DNA of 64,000 nt from contig JALUVI010000009.1 of the NCBI GenBank assembly GCA_027020785.1, forward strand, positions 3,469-67,468, in the 5' to 3' direction. Source of the stretch: Planctomycetota bacterium. GTDB lineage: Bacteria; Planctomycetota; UBA1135. The notes under the pieces were generated by a model that was not told the DNA's origin, searched no databases, and saw only the letters and a list, made by a program, of their open reading frames with translations. Position numbers and translations under genes: made by a program. The first letter of the stretch is position 1. The number at the start of each line of letters is the position of its first letter. Positions 32,915-42,857 of the stretch are shown here, piece by piece.

Positions 32915-33823
32915 TCACTCGGAGCGCTCGTCCACACCACCGTCCACCGAACCGTACTCGTCGGCGAGGTCCTCGGCGGCGCGACGCAGCAGGTCCAGGT
33001 ATTCGTCTTCGAAGTCGCGGACCGCCTGACGATGGACGAGGAGGTCGGGGGCGACGGTCGCGAGGTCCACGTCGTCGTAGTCGGTGACGCCCACGCTGCG
33101 CAGCGCTCGGCGAGCGAACACGTCCAGGGTTTCGGCCATGGTGAGGCTCGGGGCCATGAGGAGGAGGAGGCGGGCCCGAGTCGTCCCCAGCTCTCGGAGC
33201 TCGGGCGTGTCCATCGGCACCCGGTCCAGGTCCACCTCCAGAGCCGCAAGGGCGGCCTCGGGGGGAAAGGTCAGAGCCTCCTCGGCCAATGCCTCCTCGG
33301 CGCGGCGCCGCAAGCCAGGAGTCCACCCCCCTTCCTCTTCGGCTCGCCCCCAGCGGAGACCGGCCGCCAATGCGTTGCCCAGGTAGAGCCGTTCCAAGGC
33401 GTCGAGAGGTGCGAAACTCTCCTCCGGCAAGAGGAGGACCGCGCGATCCGTGAACCGGTTGCTTTCCTCCATCTTCCTGCGGAGCCACTCGGGTCCGATG
33501 CCGTCCCGCACCTCCGCGGCGAGGGCAGCCCGTGACCAATCGTCGAGACTCCGGACGTAGAGGCGCCTGGCCTCCTCGAGCAACGCCTTGCGGTCCACCC
33601 CGGCGTCCTCCTCCGGTTCGCTCACGGCCCCCGCATCGCGACCGACCGAGGCCCGCGCAGGGGGATCCGACGGAGCCGTCATGCGGTTCCCGCCCTCGTC
33701 GTCCGGACGCCCGGCCACGACCGACGGCGCCTCCGCAGGCGTTCCTCCTGGCCGCAACAGCAGCAGACCGAGGACGAGGACCGACAGGACGACGAGGGCG
33801 GGCCGTGCCGCGAACCGACGCAT
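32915..33823 (-). CDS. Hypothetical membrane-anchored or secreted acidic protein (302 aa)
   Basis: The N-terminal hydrophobic segment is 'ALVVLSVLVLGLLLL'. The composition looks coding and the ORF fills the cassette. I recognise no family. Confidence 0.45.
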   Translation of the reverse strand: MRRFAARPALVVLSVLVLGLLLLRPGGTPAEAPSVVAGRPDDEGGNRMTAPSDPPARASVGRDAGAVSEPEEDAGVDRKALLEEARRLYVRSLDDWSRAALAAEVRDGIGPEWLRRKMEESNRFTDRAVLLLPEESFAPLDALERLYLGNALAAGLRWGRAEEEGGWTPGLRRRAEEALAEEALTFPPEAALAALEVDLDRVPMDTPELRELGTTRARLLLLMAPSLTMAETLDVFARRALRSVGVTDYDDVDLATVAPDLLVHRQAVRDFEDEYLDLLRRAAEDLADEYGSVDGGVDERSE

Positions 33824-33830
33824 CAGGGTT

Positions 33831-34328
33831 TCACTCCGCGTCGATGCACGGGGTACAGGCGAAGGTCGCCACCAGAGGGGGTGAGAGCTCCTGGCGTTCT
33901 TCGTCGAACAGGGTCGGAGTGAGGGTCAGCTCCTCCCCGCCACAGTCGGGAAGGATGGGGTCGTGACGGTATCGGATCACGACGTCGCCGTCTGCCGGGA
34001 TCGCGACCTCGTCGTCGTATCCCAGGAGGGCGAATCTCGGACGGCCTCGACCGTTCCAGTCCTCGTCGCACCCGACGAGTTCCGCTTCGACGTTCGTGAA
34101 CTTGCACCTGGGTGAACCGGAGTCACACTTTCCTGGCTCCTTCCTCTTGGTGACGATCCTGATCTGGTAGCACCCGGGCGCGGTCTTGCCATCCGCGAAG
34201 GCACCTCCACCCAGTGGCTGACAGGGTGTCCTGCCGGGAGGCTCCTGAGGGAACACGACGGGGCCGGCCATGAGCGGCAGGGCGAGGAGCATGCCGAAGA
34301 GGAGGGAGAGCCACTGGTGATGCTTCAT
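33831..34328 (-). CDS. Small secreted cysteine-rich protein (165 aa; 8 Cys)
   Basis: The signal peptide is 'WLSLLFGMLLALPLMAG'. Eight Cys residues are spread through the mature part. I recognise no family. Confidence 0.5.
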   Translation of the reverse strand: MKHHQWLSLLFGMLLALPLMAGPVVFPQEPPGRTPCQPLGGGAFADGKTAPGCYQIRIVTKRKEPGKCDSGSPRCKFTNVEAELVGCDEDWNGRGRPRFALLGYDDEVAIPADGDVVIRYRHDPILPDCGGEELTLTPTLFDEERQELSPPLVATFACTPCIDAE

Positions 34329-34445
34329 GGTCGCCTTCGAGAAACGGGAGGAGCACGCCCGAACGGGACGTCCGTACGCTGGAGGGTACCCCCCCCTCCC
34401 CCATGAGCAACCCTCGTCCAGGCGTCGCAGGAGAGTGGAAGCCCA

Positions 34446-34506
34446 CCTCGCCCTCGACCGCCGCCTGCTGGTGCGCGAGCGCTAGGCGTCGGAGTCGCCC
34501 TTCTCC
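34446..34506. repeat. Direct repeat, copy 2
   Basis: See copy 1. This copy includes the true 3' end of the Tex-like gene (stop at 34482-34484) and a non-functional copy of the last roughly 37 nt of the RNase HII-like CDS. Confidence 0.9.
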
Positions 34507-36968
34507 CCGGCGGACTCGCCGGAGTCGGCACCCTCCCGGAACAGCTCCACCTGCTGGAAGAACTGGACGAAGGGGTTGGTGGGGTCGATCTCCTCGTGCT
34601 TCTCGCGCGGATCCGGACCGTGGTCCTCGCGGCGGCCGCGACCGCCGCCGCGGCGCCCCCCACCGCGCCCCCCACCGCGCCCCCCACCACGGCCGCCCGC
34701 CGAGCGACCACCGGCGCGGGCGCCGGCGCGTTCCTTGCGCCGGGCCTCGCGGGCCGCCTCTTCCTCTTCGGTGAGCATGGAGAGCTTCAGCTTGCGCTCG
34801 GCGAGGTCCACCGCCAGGACGCGGACCGCGACCTCCTGGCCGGGTTGGACGACCTGGCGCGGATCCTCCACGAAGCCTTCGGCCGAGAGGTGGCTGACGT
34901 GGACCAGCCCCGGGCGGGAGGCGCCGACGTCCACGAAGACCCCGTAGTCGGTGATCCCCTGGACCACGCCCTGGAGCCGGTCGCCCTTCTGCAATGCCTC
35001 CAGCCGGACCTCGTGCGAGCGACGCCGCAGCGGAGCGCGGCGCCGACGCCGCAGCAAGGCTTCACGGACCCGCTCGCGCACCCCTTCCTCGCCCGCCTCG
35101 AGCACCTCGTCCCAGGGCAGCTGGTCCACCAGCTGCGGTTCGCGCAGCAACCGGGCGAGCGGCAGTTCGGCGCGCTCCAGGACCGCGCGCAGGGCGGGGC
35201 GGAACGCAGGATGGACGCCGCGGGCGTCCAACGGGTCCTCGCCGCCGGGGATCCGCAGCAGGCAGGCCGCCGCACGCCAATCGCGGGCGGAGGGCTGCAT
35301 CCGGTCGTGGAAGTCGGCCAGGGACAGGAACGGGGCGGTGGAGCGCTCGACCTCGACCGCTTCGGCGTCGATGCCGGGCACCAGCCGCAGGGCGTCGCGC
35401 TCGGCCCGGCTCGGGTCCACCCCCTTGCGCAGCAGGAGCTCGCGCAGGAAGTGGGTCTCGAACTCGTCGAGCAGCCTCGGGTTGATCTCGGAGCGGCCCG
35501 GCACGAAACCGCGCACCAGGTGCGGCGCATGGAAGGCGGCGAGGCGCGGCTCGTGTCCGAACCAGGCGACCAGGCTGGCGTAGCGCTCGTCGTGCGAGAG
35601 CAGGGCCTCGGCGGGACGGCGTGCGACCTCGCGGAGCAGGGTACGCCCGACGGAAGACGGCACCGAGGTGCCGCGTTGGACCGCGCCGTTCCGACGCAGC
35701 GCCTTCAGGAGCTTGGGGCCGGCGGCGCGGGCCGGCCCCTCGGCCGCCCAGGCGACGACCGCGGGCGCCTCCCCACCGAGGAAGGCCTCGGCCTGGGCGA
35801 CGAAGGAGTCCTTGCGCGGGTCCAGCTCGACGGTCCGCGGGGGGTGCTCGCGGTCCGTCAGGAGCGACAGGACGACCCGATGGCCGCGGCCGGGTGCGAC
35901 GCCGAGGGCCGGGCCCTGGGCCTTCCCGCGGTCGAGGACCTGCACCACCACCGGCCAGGCCTCTTCCAGCGCTCGGAGCTCGGCGCGACGCTTGAGGTCG
36001 GCGCGGAGCGCCTGGGTCGCCCGCGGCAGGTACTCGCGCTCGACGAACTCGTCGAACAGCTGGCGGTAGCGGTCGCGCTCCTGCGGCGGGACGCGGTCGC
36101 CGAGGCCGCGGAAGACCTCGTCGCGGGCCGCGGCCGGCAGGTCGAACCGCAGCCGGACCTGGCGGGCGCGCTCGGCCCGACGCAGACGGAGGTAGTCCTC
36201 CAGCGGCAGCGAGGCGAGATGGCGCGGCCCGGGCTCGGGGAGGGGCGGCCCCTTGCCTCGGCGGGCGGGGCGCGCGGCCTGCTTCGCCGCCGCCGCGACC
36301 TCCTGCTTGGCCTCCTGCTTGGCCTCCTGCTTGGCCTCCTGCTTGGCCTCCTGCTTGGCCTCCTGCTTGGCCTCCTGCTTGGCCTCGGTGTCGGCGTCGG
36401 CGTCGGCCGCGCCAGCCTCGGGGGACGAGGCGTCGGGCGCTGCATCGGCCCCTTCCGCAGCGGGCGCGGCCGGCGCCGGAGCCTCGGCCCCGGCCACGAT
36501 CTCGACCACGAGCTGCCCCTGATGTTGCAGGGCCTGGCGCAACGCTCCGGCGACCTCGGGGTCGCTGCGCAATGCGGCGACGAAGGCCGCCTGCTCCTCC
36601 TTCGCCGGCGCCTCCCAGCCCTCCGGGGCCGGCATCGGCCGCACCGCGAGCAAGAGGTCGTCGAGCTCGCCCTCGGTGTGCGCAGCCTCGGCGCGCGGCA
36701 CCAGGTCGCCCCGATCGTGCTCCCGGAGCGTCTGGACGACGTTGTGGCGACGACGCTCCAGGTTCTGCAAGCGACGCAGCCGCTCCAGAAGGAGTTCGAA
36801 GCCGAAGGCGTCGGGGAACAACCCGGCCAGGGCGGGATCGCCGCAGCGCAGCCACAACGGATGCTCCCCCGCCTCCAGGGCCTGGAGGAGGTGGCGCACC
36901 ACCTCGGGTTTCAACCCGAGCTCGCGGGCGACGCGAGCGGCGGCTTCCGGCTGGACCTGACCCGGCAT
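34482..36968 (-). CDS. Tex-like S1-domain RNA-binding protein with an (EAKQ)7 insert and a C-terminal RGG tail
   Basis: The S1 domain is 'LQKGDRLQGVVQGITDYGVFVDVGASRPGLVHVSHLS...VRVLAVDLAERKLKLSM'. The preceding 'LLRIPGGEDPLDARGVHP' resembles the Tex HhH region. The tail is '[23 protein letters not shown]'. Confidence 0.65.
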   Translation of the reverse strand: MPGQVQPEAAARVARELGLKPEVVRHLLQALEAGEHPLWLRCGDPALAGLFPDAFGFELLLERLRRLQNLERRRHNVVQTLREHDRGDLVPRAEAAHTEGELDDLLLAVRPMPAPEGWEAPAKEEQAAFVAALRSDPEVAGALRQALQHQGQLVVEIVAGAEAPAPAAPAAEGADAAPDASSPEAGAADADADTEAKQEAKQEAKQEAKQEAKQEAKQEAKQEVAAAAKQAARPARRGKGPPLPEPGPRHLASLPLEDYLRLRRAERARQVRLRFDLPAAARDEVFRGLGDRVPPQERDRYRQLFDEFVEREYLPRATQALRADLKRRAELRALEEAWPVVVQVLDRGKAQGPALGVAPGRGHRVVLSLLTDREHPPRTVELDPRKDSFVAQAEAFLGGEAPAVVAWAAEGPARAAGPKLLKALRRNGAVQRGTSVPSSVGRTLLREVARRPAEALLSHDERYASLVAWFGHEPRLAAFHAPHLVRGFVPGRSEINPRLLDEFETHFLRELLLRKGVDPSRAERDALRLVPGIDAEAVEVERSTAPFLSLADFHDRMQPSARDWRAAACLLRIPGGEDPLDARGVHPAFRPALRAVLERAELPLARLLREPQLVDQLPWDEVLEAGEEGVRERVREALLRRRRRAPLRRRSHEVRLEALQKGDRLQGVVQGITDYGVFVDVGASRPGLVHVSHLSAEGFVEDPRQVVQPGQEVAVRVLAVDLAERKLKLSMLTEEEEAAREARRKERAGARAGGRSAGGRGGGRGGGRGGGRRGGGRGRREDHGPDPREKHEEIDPTNPFVQFFQQVELFREGADSGESAGEKGDSDA
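36301..36384. repeat. Perfect 12-nt tandem repeat x7 (tcctgcttggcc) encoding (EAKQ)n on the minus strand
   Basis: I counted it directly in the sequence. A GTCGGC-type hexamer run encoding 'DADAD' follows it. Confidence 0.95.
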
Positions 36969-37019
36969 GACGTTCGGATTCTAGCAGGGTCCGGTCGGAA
37001 CGCGGACCGCCGAAGCGGT

Positions 37020-39137
<2,118 letters not shown>

Positions 39138-39238
39138 CGTCGGAGGGGCGCGGGCGGATACACCGGTTCCCCTGGGGTGGCCGGAGCCCGCGCAAGCCGA
39201 CTATCCTACCCGCTCGCCGGTCCCATGTCAGCCCTCCC

Positions 39239-40156
39239 ATGGCCGCCCTACGCCCCCAGCGCCTCCGCATCCCCGCCTCCACCAGCAATCTGGGACCGGG
39301 GTTCGACGCCCTCGGCGTCGCCCTGGGCATCGGCCTGGAGATCTCCTGGCGCCCTGCGGAGCGCACCACGCTGACCCGCGAGGGCCGTCTCGCCGAGTCC
39401 GACCTGGCGCTGGGCCGTGACCCCGTGGTCCGCGGCATGCGCCGCGCCGCCATGCTCGCCGGCGCCCCCCTGCCCGCCGGGGAGCTCACCGTGTCCTCGA
39501 CGGTCCCCCCGGGGCGCGGCCTCGGCATGAGCGGCGCCGGCCTGGTCGGCGGCCTGCTGCTCGGCAACCGAATCACCGGCAAGCGCGTCCCCGACGACGA
39601 GCTCCTGGCCGAGGCGATCCGGTTGGAGGGCAACCCCGAGAACGCTGTGGCCTCCTTCCTCGGCGGCGCCCACTGGTCCATCGTCGACGCCGACGGCCGC
39701 TGGCGCCACCTGCCGGTCAAGCTCCACCGCGAGCTCCGCTTCCTGTTCCTGGTGCCGCCGTTCCCGCTGGACACGGCCCGCGCCCGCAAGGCGCTGCCGA
39801 GCTCGGTGCCCTTCGCGCGCGCCGTGCGCCAGGTCCACCGCGCGCCCGCCCTGCTCGCCGCGCTCGCCTCGCTCGACCCGACGCTGCTGCGCGCCGCCAT
39901 CGAGGACGAACTGGTCCAGCCGTCGCGGCTGCGGCTATTGACCGGGGTGGGCCGCGTCATGGACCACGCGGTCGAGGCGGGCGCCCTCGCCGCCACCCTC
40001 TCCGGCGCCGGCTCGGCCGCGGTCGCCCTGGTGCGCCGCCGCGACCTGTCGCGGGTCGCGGCCGCGATGGAACTCGTGGTGCGCCGCCTGTGGGGCGACG
40101 ACGGGCTCGTCCTGACCGCGCTGCCCGGCGAGAAGGGAGCCCGCTTCGTCCGCTAG
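39239..40156 (+). CDS. thrB: Homoserine kinase (GHMP family)
   Basis: 'PASTSNLGPGFDALG' and the GHMP motif 'PPGRGLGMSGAG' are present. Confidence 0.85.
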   Translation: MAALRPQRLRIPASTSNLGPGFDALGVALGIGLEISWRPAERTTLTREGRLAESDLALGRDPVVRGMRRAAMLAGAPLPAGELTVSSTVPPGRGLGMSGAGLVGGLLLGNRITGKRVPDDELLAEAIRLEGNPENAVASFLGGAHWSIVDADGRWRHLPVKLHRELRFLFLVPPFPLDTARARKALPSSVPFARAVRQVHRAPALLAALASLDPTLLRAAIEDELVQPSRLRLLTGVGRVMDHAVEAGALAATLSGAGSAAVALVRRRDLSRVAAAMELVVRRLWGDDGLVLTALPGEKGARFVR

Positions 40157-41907
40157 GAGGCGCGCCAGCTCGCCGGCAGGCCTTCGTCGAGCTCGCGCAT
40201 CGTCGTCGTCCGCACCGCCTGCTCGACGACCCGCTCGCACAGGTCGGGGTCGAGCTCGGCGAGCCGGGCATGGAGCTCGGGCAGGACCGCGGTGCGGGCG
40301 ACCACGTCGCGGACCCCGCAGCCGACCAGCAGTTCGACGGCGCCGGGCCACACCAGGCACTCGCCGTACACCGCCAGCGGCACGTCCTGGCCGTCGGCCA
40401 GCCGCACCAGCTTGCCCAAGGCGCGCAACACCGAGGGATGCGGACGCTGGATGCGGGCGCGCACCGACTGGTAGGCGCTGCGCACGTCGGCGGCGAGCAA
40501 CATCTGCGCCAACACGTCGAGGCCGACCAGGGCGAAATCGGAGTGGGCCAGGATCTCGCGGGCCAGGAGCAGCGAGGAAGGCGTCTCGAAGACCGCGCCG
40601 ATGCGCAGCGGCGCGCCGACGTCGCATCCCTCCAGGCGCAGTTCCTCGCGGGCGCGCTCGGCCGAGGCCCGCACCAGGCGCAGGTCCTCGAGGTCGCCGA
40701 CGAAGGGCACCGCGACTCCCACCGAGCGCCCCTCGGCCGCGCGCAGGATGGCGCGCAACTCGAGGTGGAGCAGCTCGGGATGGTCGGCGAGGGCGCGGAC
40801 GCCGCGCAGCCCCAGGGCGGGGTTGGTCTCGGCGACCGGATGCACTGCGTCGAGGCCGGAGGTGGAATCGAGGTCGGGGAGCCGGAACACGACGCCGTCC
40901 TCGGCCGCGTTCAGGACCTGCCCGTAGAGCACCGCCAGCGAGTCCTCACGCGGCGAGCCGGCGCGCTGGATGACCGGGAGCTCGGTGCGGTACAGGCCGA
41001 TGGCCCCCACCCCCATCGCAGCCGCCTGGCGCGCCTCGCGCGGGCTCGCCACCGCGGCGCGAAGCGTCATCGGCGTTCCGTCCGCGAGCCGCAGGGGCTC
41101 GAGCGCCGGTAGCGGCGCCGAGGTCGCGGCGCCGGCGGCCGCCCCCGCGGCCCGCACCTGCCCTTCGCTCGGCCGCAACACCACCAGGCCTCCGTCGCCG
41201 TCCACCAGGACCGGATCGCCCTCCTGGATGGACTCGTGGATGCCGCCGACTCCGATCACCGCGGGAATGCCGGCGGCCCGGGTCAGGATGGTGCCGTGGC
41301 TGATCAGACTGCCCTCCTCGGCGATGAGCCCGGCGATGCCCCGGTCCAGCGCCGAGGTCAGGTCGGACAGCGACAGCTCACGCACCACCAGCACGCCGCC
41401 GCGCATGTCCTCGGCGGTCCCGCCGCGACGCTCCCGCGGCTGGGCGAAGTGCAACAGCCGCAACGCGATGTCACGCATGTCGGCGAGCTTGTTGCGCAGC
41501 GCATCCGATTCGACGACCTCGAACAAGCGCTCGTAGACCTCGATCATGTCCTTGAGCGCGGTCTCGAAGCTCATCTTCTGGTGCACGATGCGGCCGCGCA
41601 GGTCGGCCTCCAGCACCGGGTCCTCGAGGATGGTCAGGTGGACGTCGAAGATGCGCCGCTGCTCGTCGGTGAAGTGCTCGGCGAGCTGGTCGCGCTGGTG
41701 GACCAGGCTGACCCGCGCGGCGCGGGCCGCCGAATCCACCCGCGCCAGCTCGGCCTCGACCTCGTCGTCACGGAGCCTGCGCTCCTCGATGCGGTCCAAC
41801 CCCGACAACGACAGGAAGGCCGGCCCGCAGACCACGCCCGGGCTCGCGCCCTGGCCCTCGAACTCGAGGCTGGTTCGCTCCAGGTCGGCCGTGGACGGCG
41901 GCTCCAT
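40153..41907 (-). CDS. ptsI: Phosphoenolpyruvate-protein phosphotransferase (PTS enzyme I family)
   Basis: The start is the ATG at 41907 ('MEPPSTADL'). The phospho-His region is 'GSLISHGTILTRAAGIPAV'. 'GLYRTELP' matches. The C-terminal part looks like a PEP-utilising TIM barrel. Confidence 0.85.
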   Translation of the reverse strand: MEPPSTADLERTSLEFEGQGASPGVVCGPAFLSLSGLDRIEERRLRDDEVEAELARVDSAARAARVSLVHQRDQLAEHFTDEQRRIFDVHLTILEDPVLEADLRGRIVHQKMSFETALKDMIEVYERLFEVVESDALRNKLADMRDIALRLLHFAQPRERRGGTAEDMRGGVLVVRELSLSDLTSALDRGIAGLIAEEGSLISHGTILTRAAGIPAVIGVGGIHESIQEGDPVLVDGDGGLVVLRPSEGQVRAAGAAAGAATSAPLPALEPLRLADGTPMTLRAAVASPREARQAAAMGVGAIGLYRTELPVIQRAGSPREDSLAVLYGQVLNAAEDGVVFRLPDLDSTSGLDAVHPVAETNPALGLRGVRALADHPELLHLELRAILRAAEGRSVGVAVPFVGDLEDLRLVRASAERAREELRLEGCDVGAPLRIGAVFETPSSLLLAREILAHSDFALVGLDVLAQMLLAADVRSAYQSVRARIQRPHPSVLRALGKLVRLADGQDVPLAVYGECLVWPGAVELLVGCGVRDVVARTAVLPELHARLAELDPDLCERVVEQAVRTTTMRELDEGLPASWRAS

Positions 41908-42587
41908 CACGCCTCCAGGGTAGCCCCGCGCAGGGCCGCCAGCACGGACGCGACCAGGCGTCCGATGCCGACGTCCACCTCGGCGACGTCGCGCCCCACG
42001 ATGTAGGCCGGGGTGGACCACAGCTTCAGGCGCGCGTCCGCCACCACCTCGTCGGCGCCGGCCGGGACGACCTCGGCGCCGGTGCGCGCCACCTCGCGGG
42101 CGGCGTCGCCGTCCACCGGCCCCAGGGTCAGCCGCGGCGAGCGCCCCTTCAGCGCCAGGGCGACGACGGCCGGCGCGATGCAGATGGCGCCCAGCGGCTT
42201 GCCCGCGTCCACCACGCCGCGGATCAGCGCCGCGAGCTCGGGGAGGACCGCGCCGTCGGCGCCCCGTTCGGCGAAGTCGCAGAGGTTGCGGGCGGCGCCG
42301 CTGCCGCCGGGCAGCACCAGGGCGTCCAGGTCCTCGACCCGCGCCTCGGTGAGCGGCTGGACCTCGCCGCGCGCGATCCGCGCGGCCTCGTGCAGCTGGT
42401 TGCGGCTCTCGCCGGGCACGACCTCGCCGGAGAGGTGGTCGCACACCGCCCACTGCGGCGCATCGGGCGCGAAGCAGATCGGGCGCGCCCCGCCGCGCAC
42501 CAGGTGCAGCAGGGTGAGGACCGATTCGTGGACCTCCGAACCGTCGAGACGGCCGGAACCGCAAAGCACGACGCCGACGCGTTCCAT
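41907..42587 (-). CDS. elbB: ElbB-type DJ-1/PfpI-family protein
   Basis: The start is the ATG at 42587 ('MERVGVVLCGSGRLDGSEVHE'). 'LVLPGGSGAARNL' and 'ICIAP' match. The first 33 codons of the listed ORF overlap the tRNA-Pro gene in antisense. Confidence 0.8.
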   Translation of the reverse strand: MERVGVVLCGSGRLDGSEVHESVLTLLHLVRGGARPICFAPDAPQWAVCDHLSGEVVPGESRNQLHEAARIARGEVQPLTEARVEDLDALVLPGGSGAARNLCDFAERGADGAVLPELAALIRGVVDAGKPLGAICIAPAVVALALKGRSPRLTLGPVDGDAAREVARTGAEVVPAGADEVVADARLKLWSTPAYIVGRDVAEVDVGIGRLVASVLAALRGATLEA

Positions 42588-42608
42588 GGCACTAAGATAT
42601 CGCCGGCT

Positions 42609-42685
<77 letters not shown>

Positions 42686-42701
42686 CTCCCGCCGGGAGGG
42701 G

Positions 42702-42777
42702 TGGAGCCAGCGACGAGACTCGAACTCGTGACCGCCGCTTTACGAAAGCGGTGCTCTACCAACTGAGCTACGCTGGC
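42702..42777 (-). tRNA. tRNA-Thr (anticodon CGT), CCA encoded
   Basis: On the minus strand the acceptor stem is GCCAGCG/CGCTGGC and the D arm GCTC-AGTTGGTA-GAGC. The anticodon stem is CCGCT/AGCGG with loop TTCGTAA. The T arm is ACGAG-TTCGAGT-CTCGT. Confidence 0.9.
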
Positions 42778-42857
42778 TTCGGGATCCCCGCGTGAGCCGC
42801 ACCCCCACCCCCGCTCGCGCGGAGGCAGGGGGGAAACGGAACGTCCCGGAGGGAATC

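Noticed and set aside
32900-34445. Looked for an integrase, transposase, inverted repeats or a tRNA target that would define the repeat-flanked cassette as a classical mobile element.
   Set aside because: None was seen. Both cassette ORFs lack recombinase motifs, the flanks are direct and not inverted repeats, and the tRNA genes lie 8 kb away. I therefore did not annotate it as a mobile_element and report it only as a repeat-bounded insertion.
36301-36384. Regular short tandem repeats here and at 54091-54360, considered as possible CRISPR arrays.
   Set aside because: The units are 12 nt and about 30 nt, lie head to tail with no unique spacers, and sit in frame inside coding genes. No cas genes are present.
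36969-37019. Possible fusA terminator hairpins (GACCGC-TTCG-GCGGTC and GGTCCG...CGGACC on the minus strand) and a 'TAGAAT' box 9 nt before the Tex-like ATG, which would suggest a leaderless mRNA.
   Set aside because: The hairpins are short and no T tract follows them. A single -10-like hexamer without a -35 element or transcript data is too weak to annotate.
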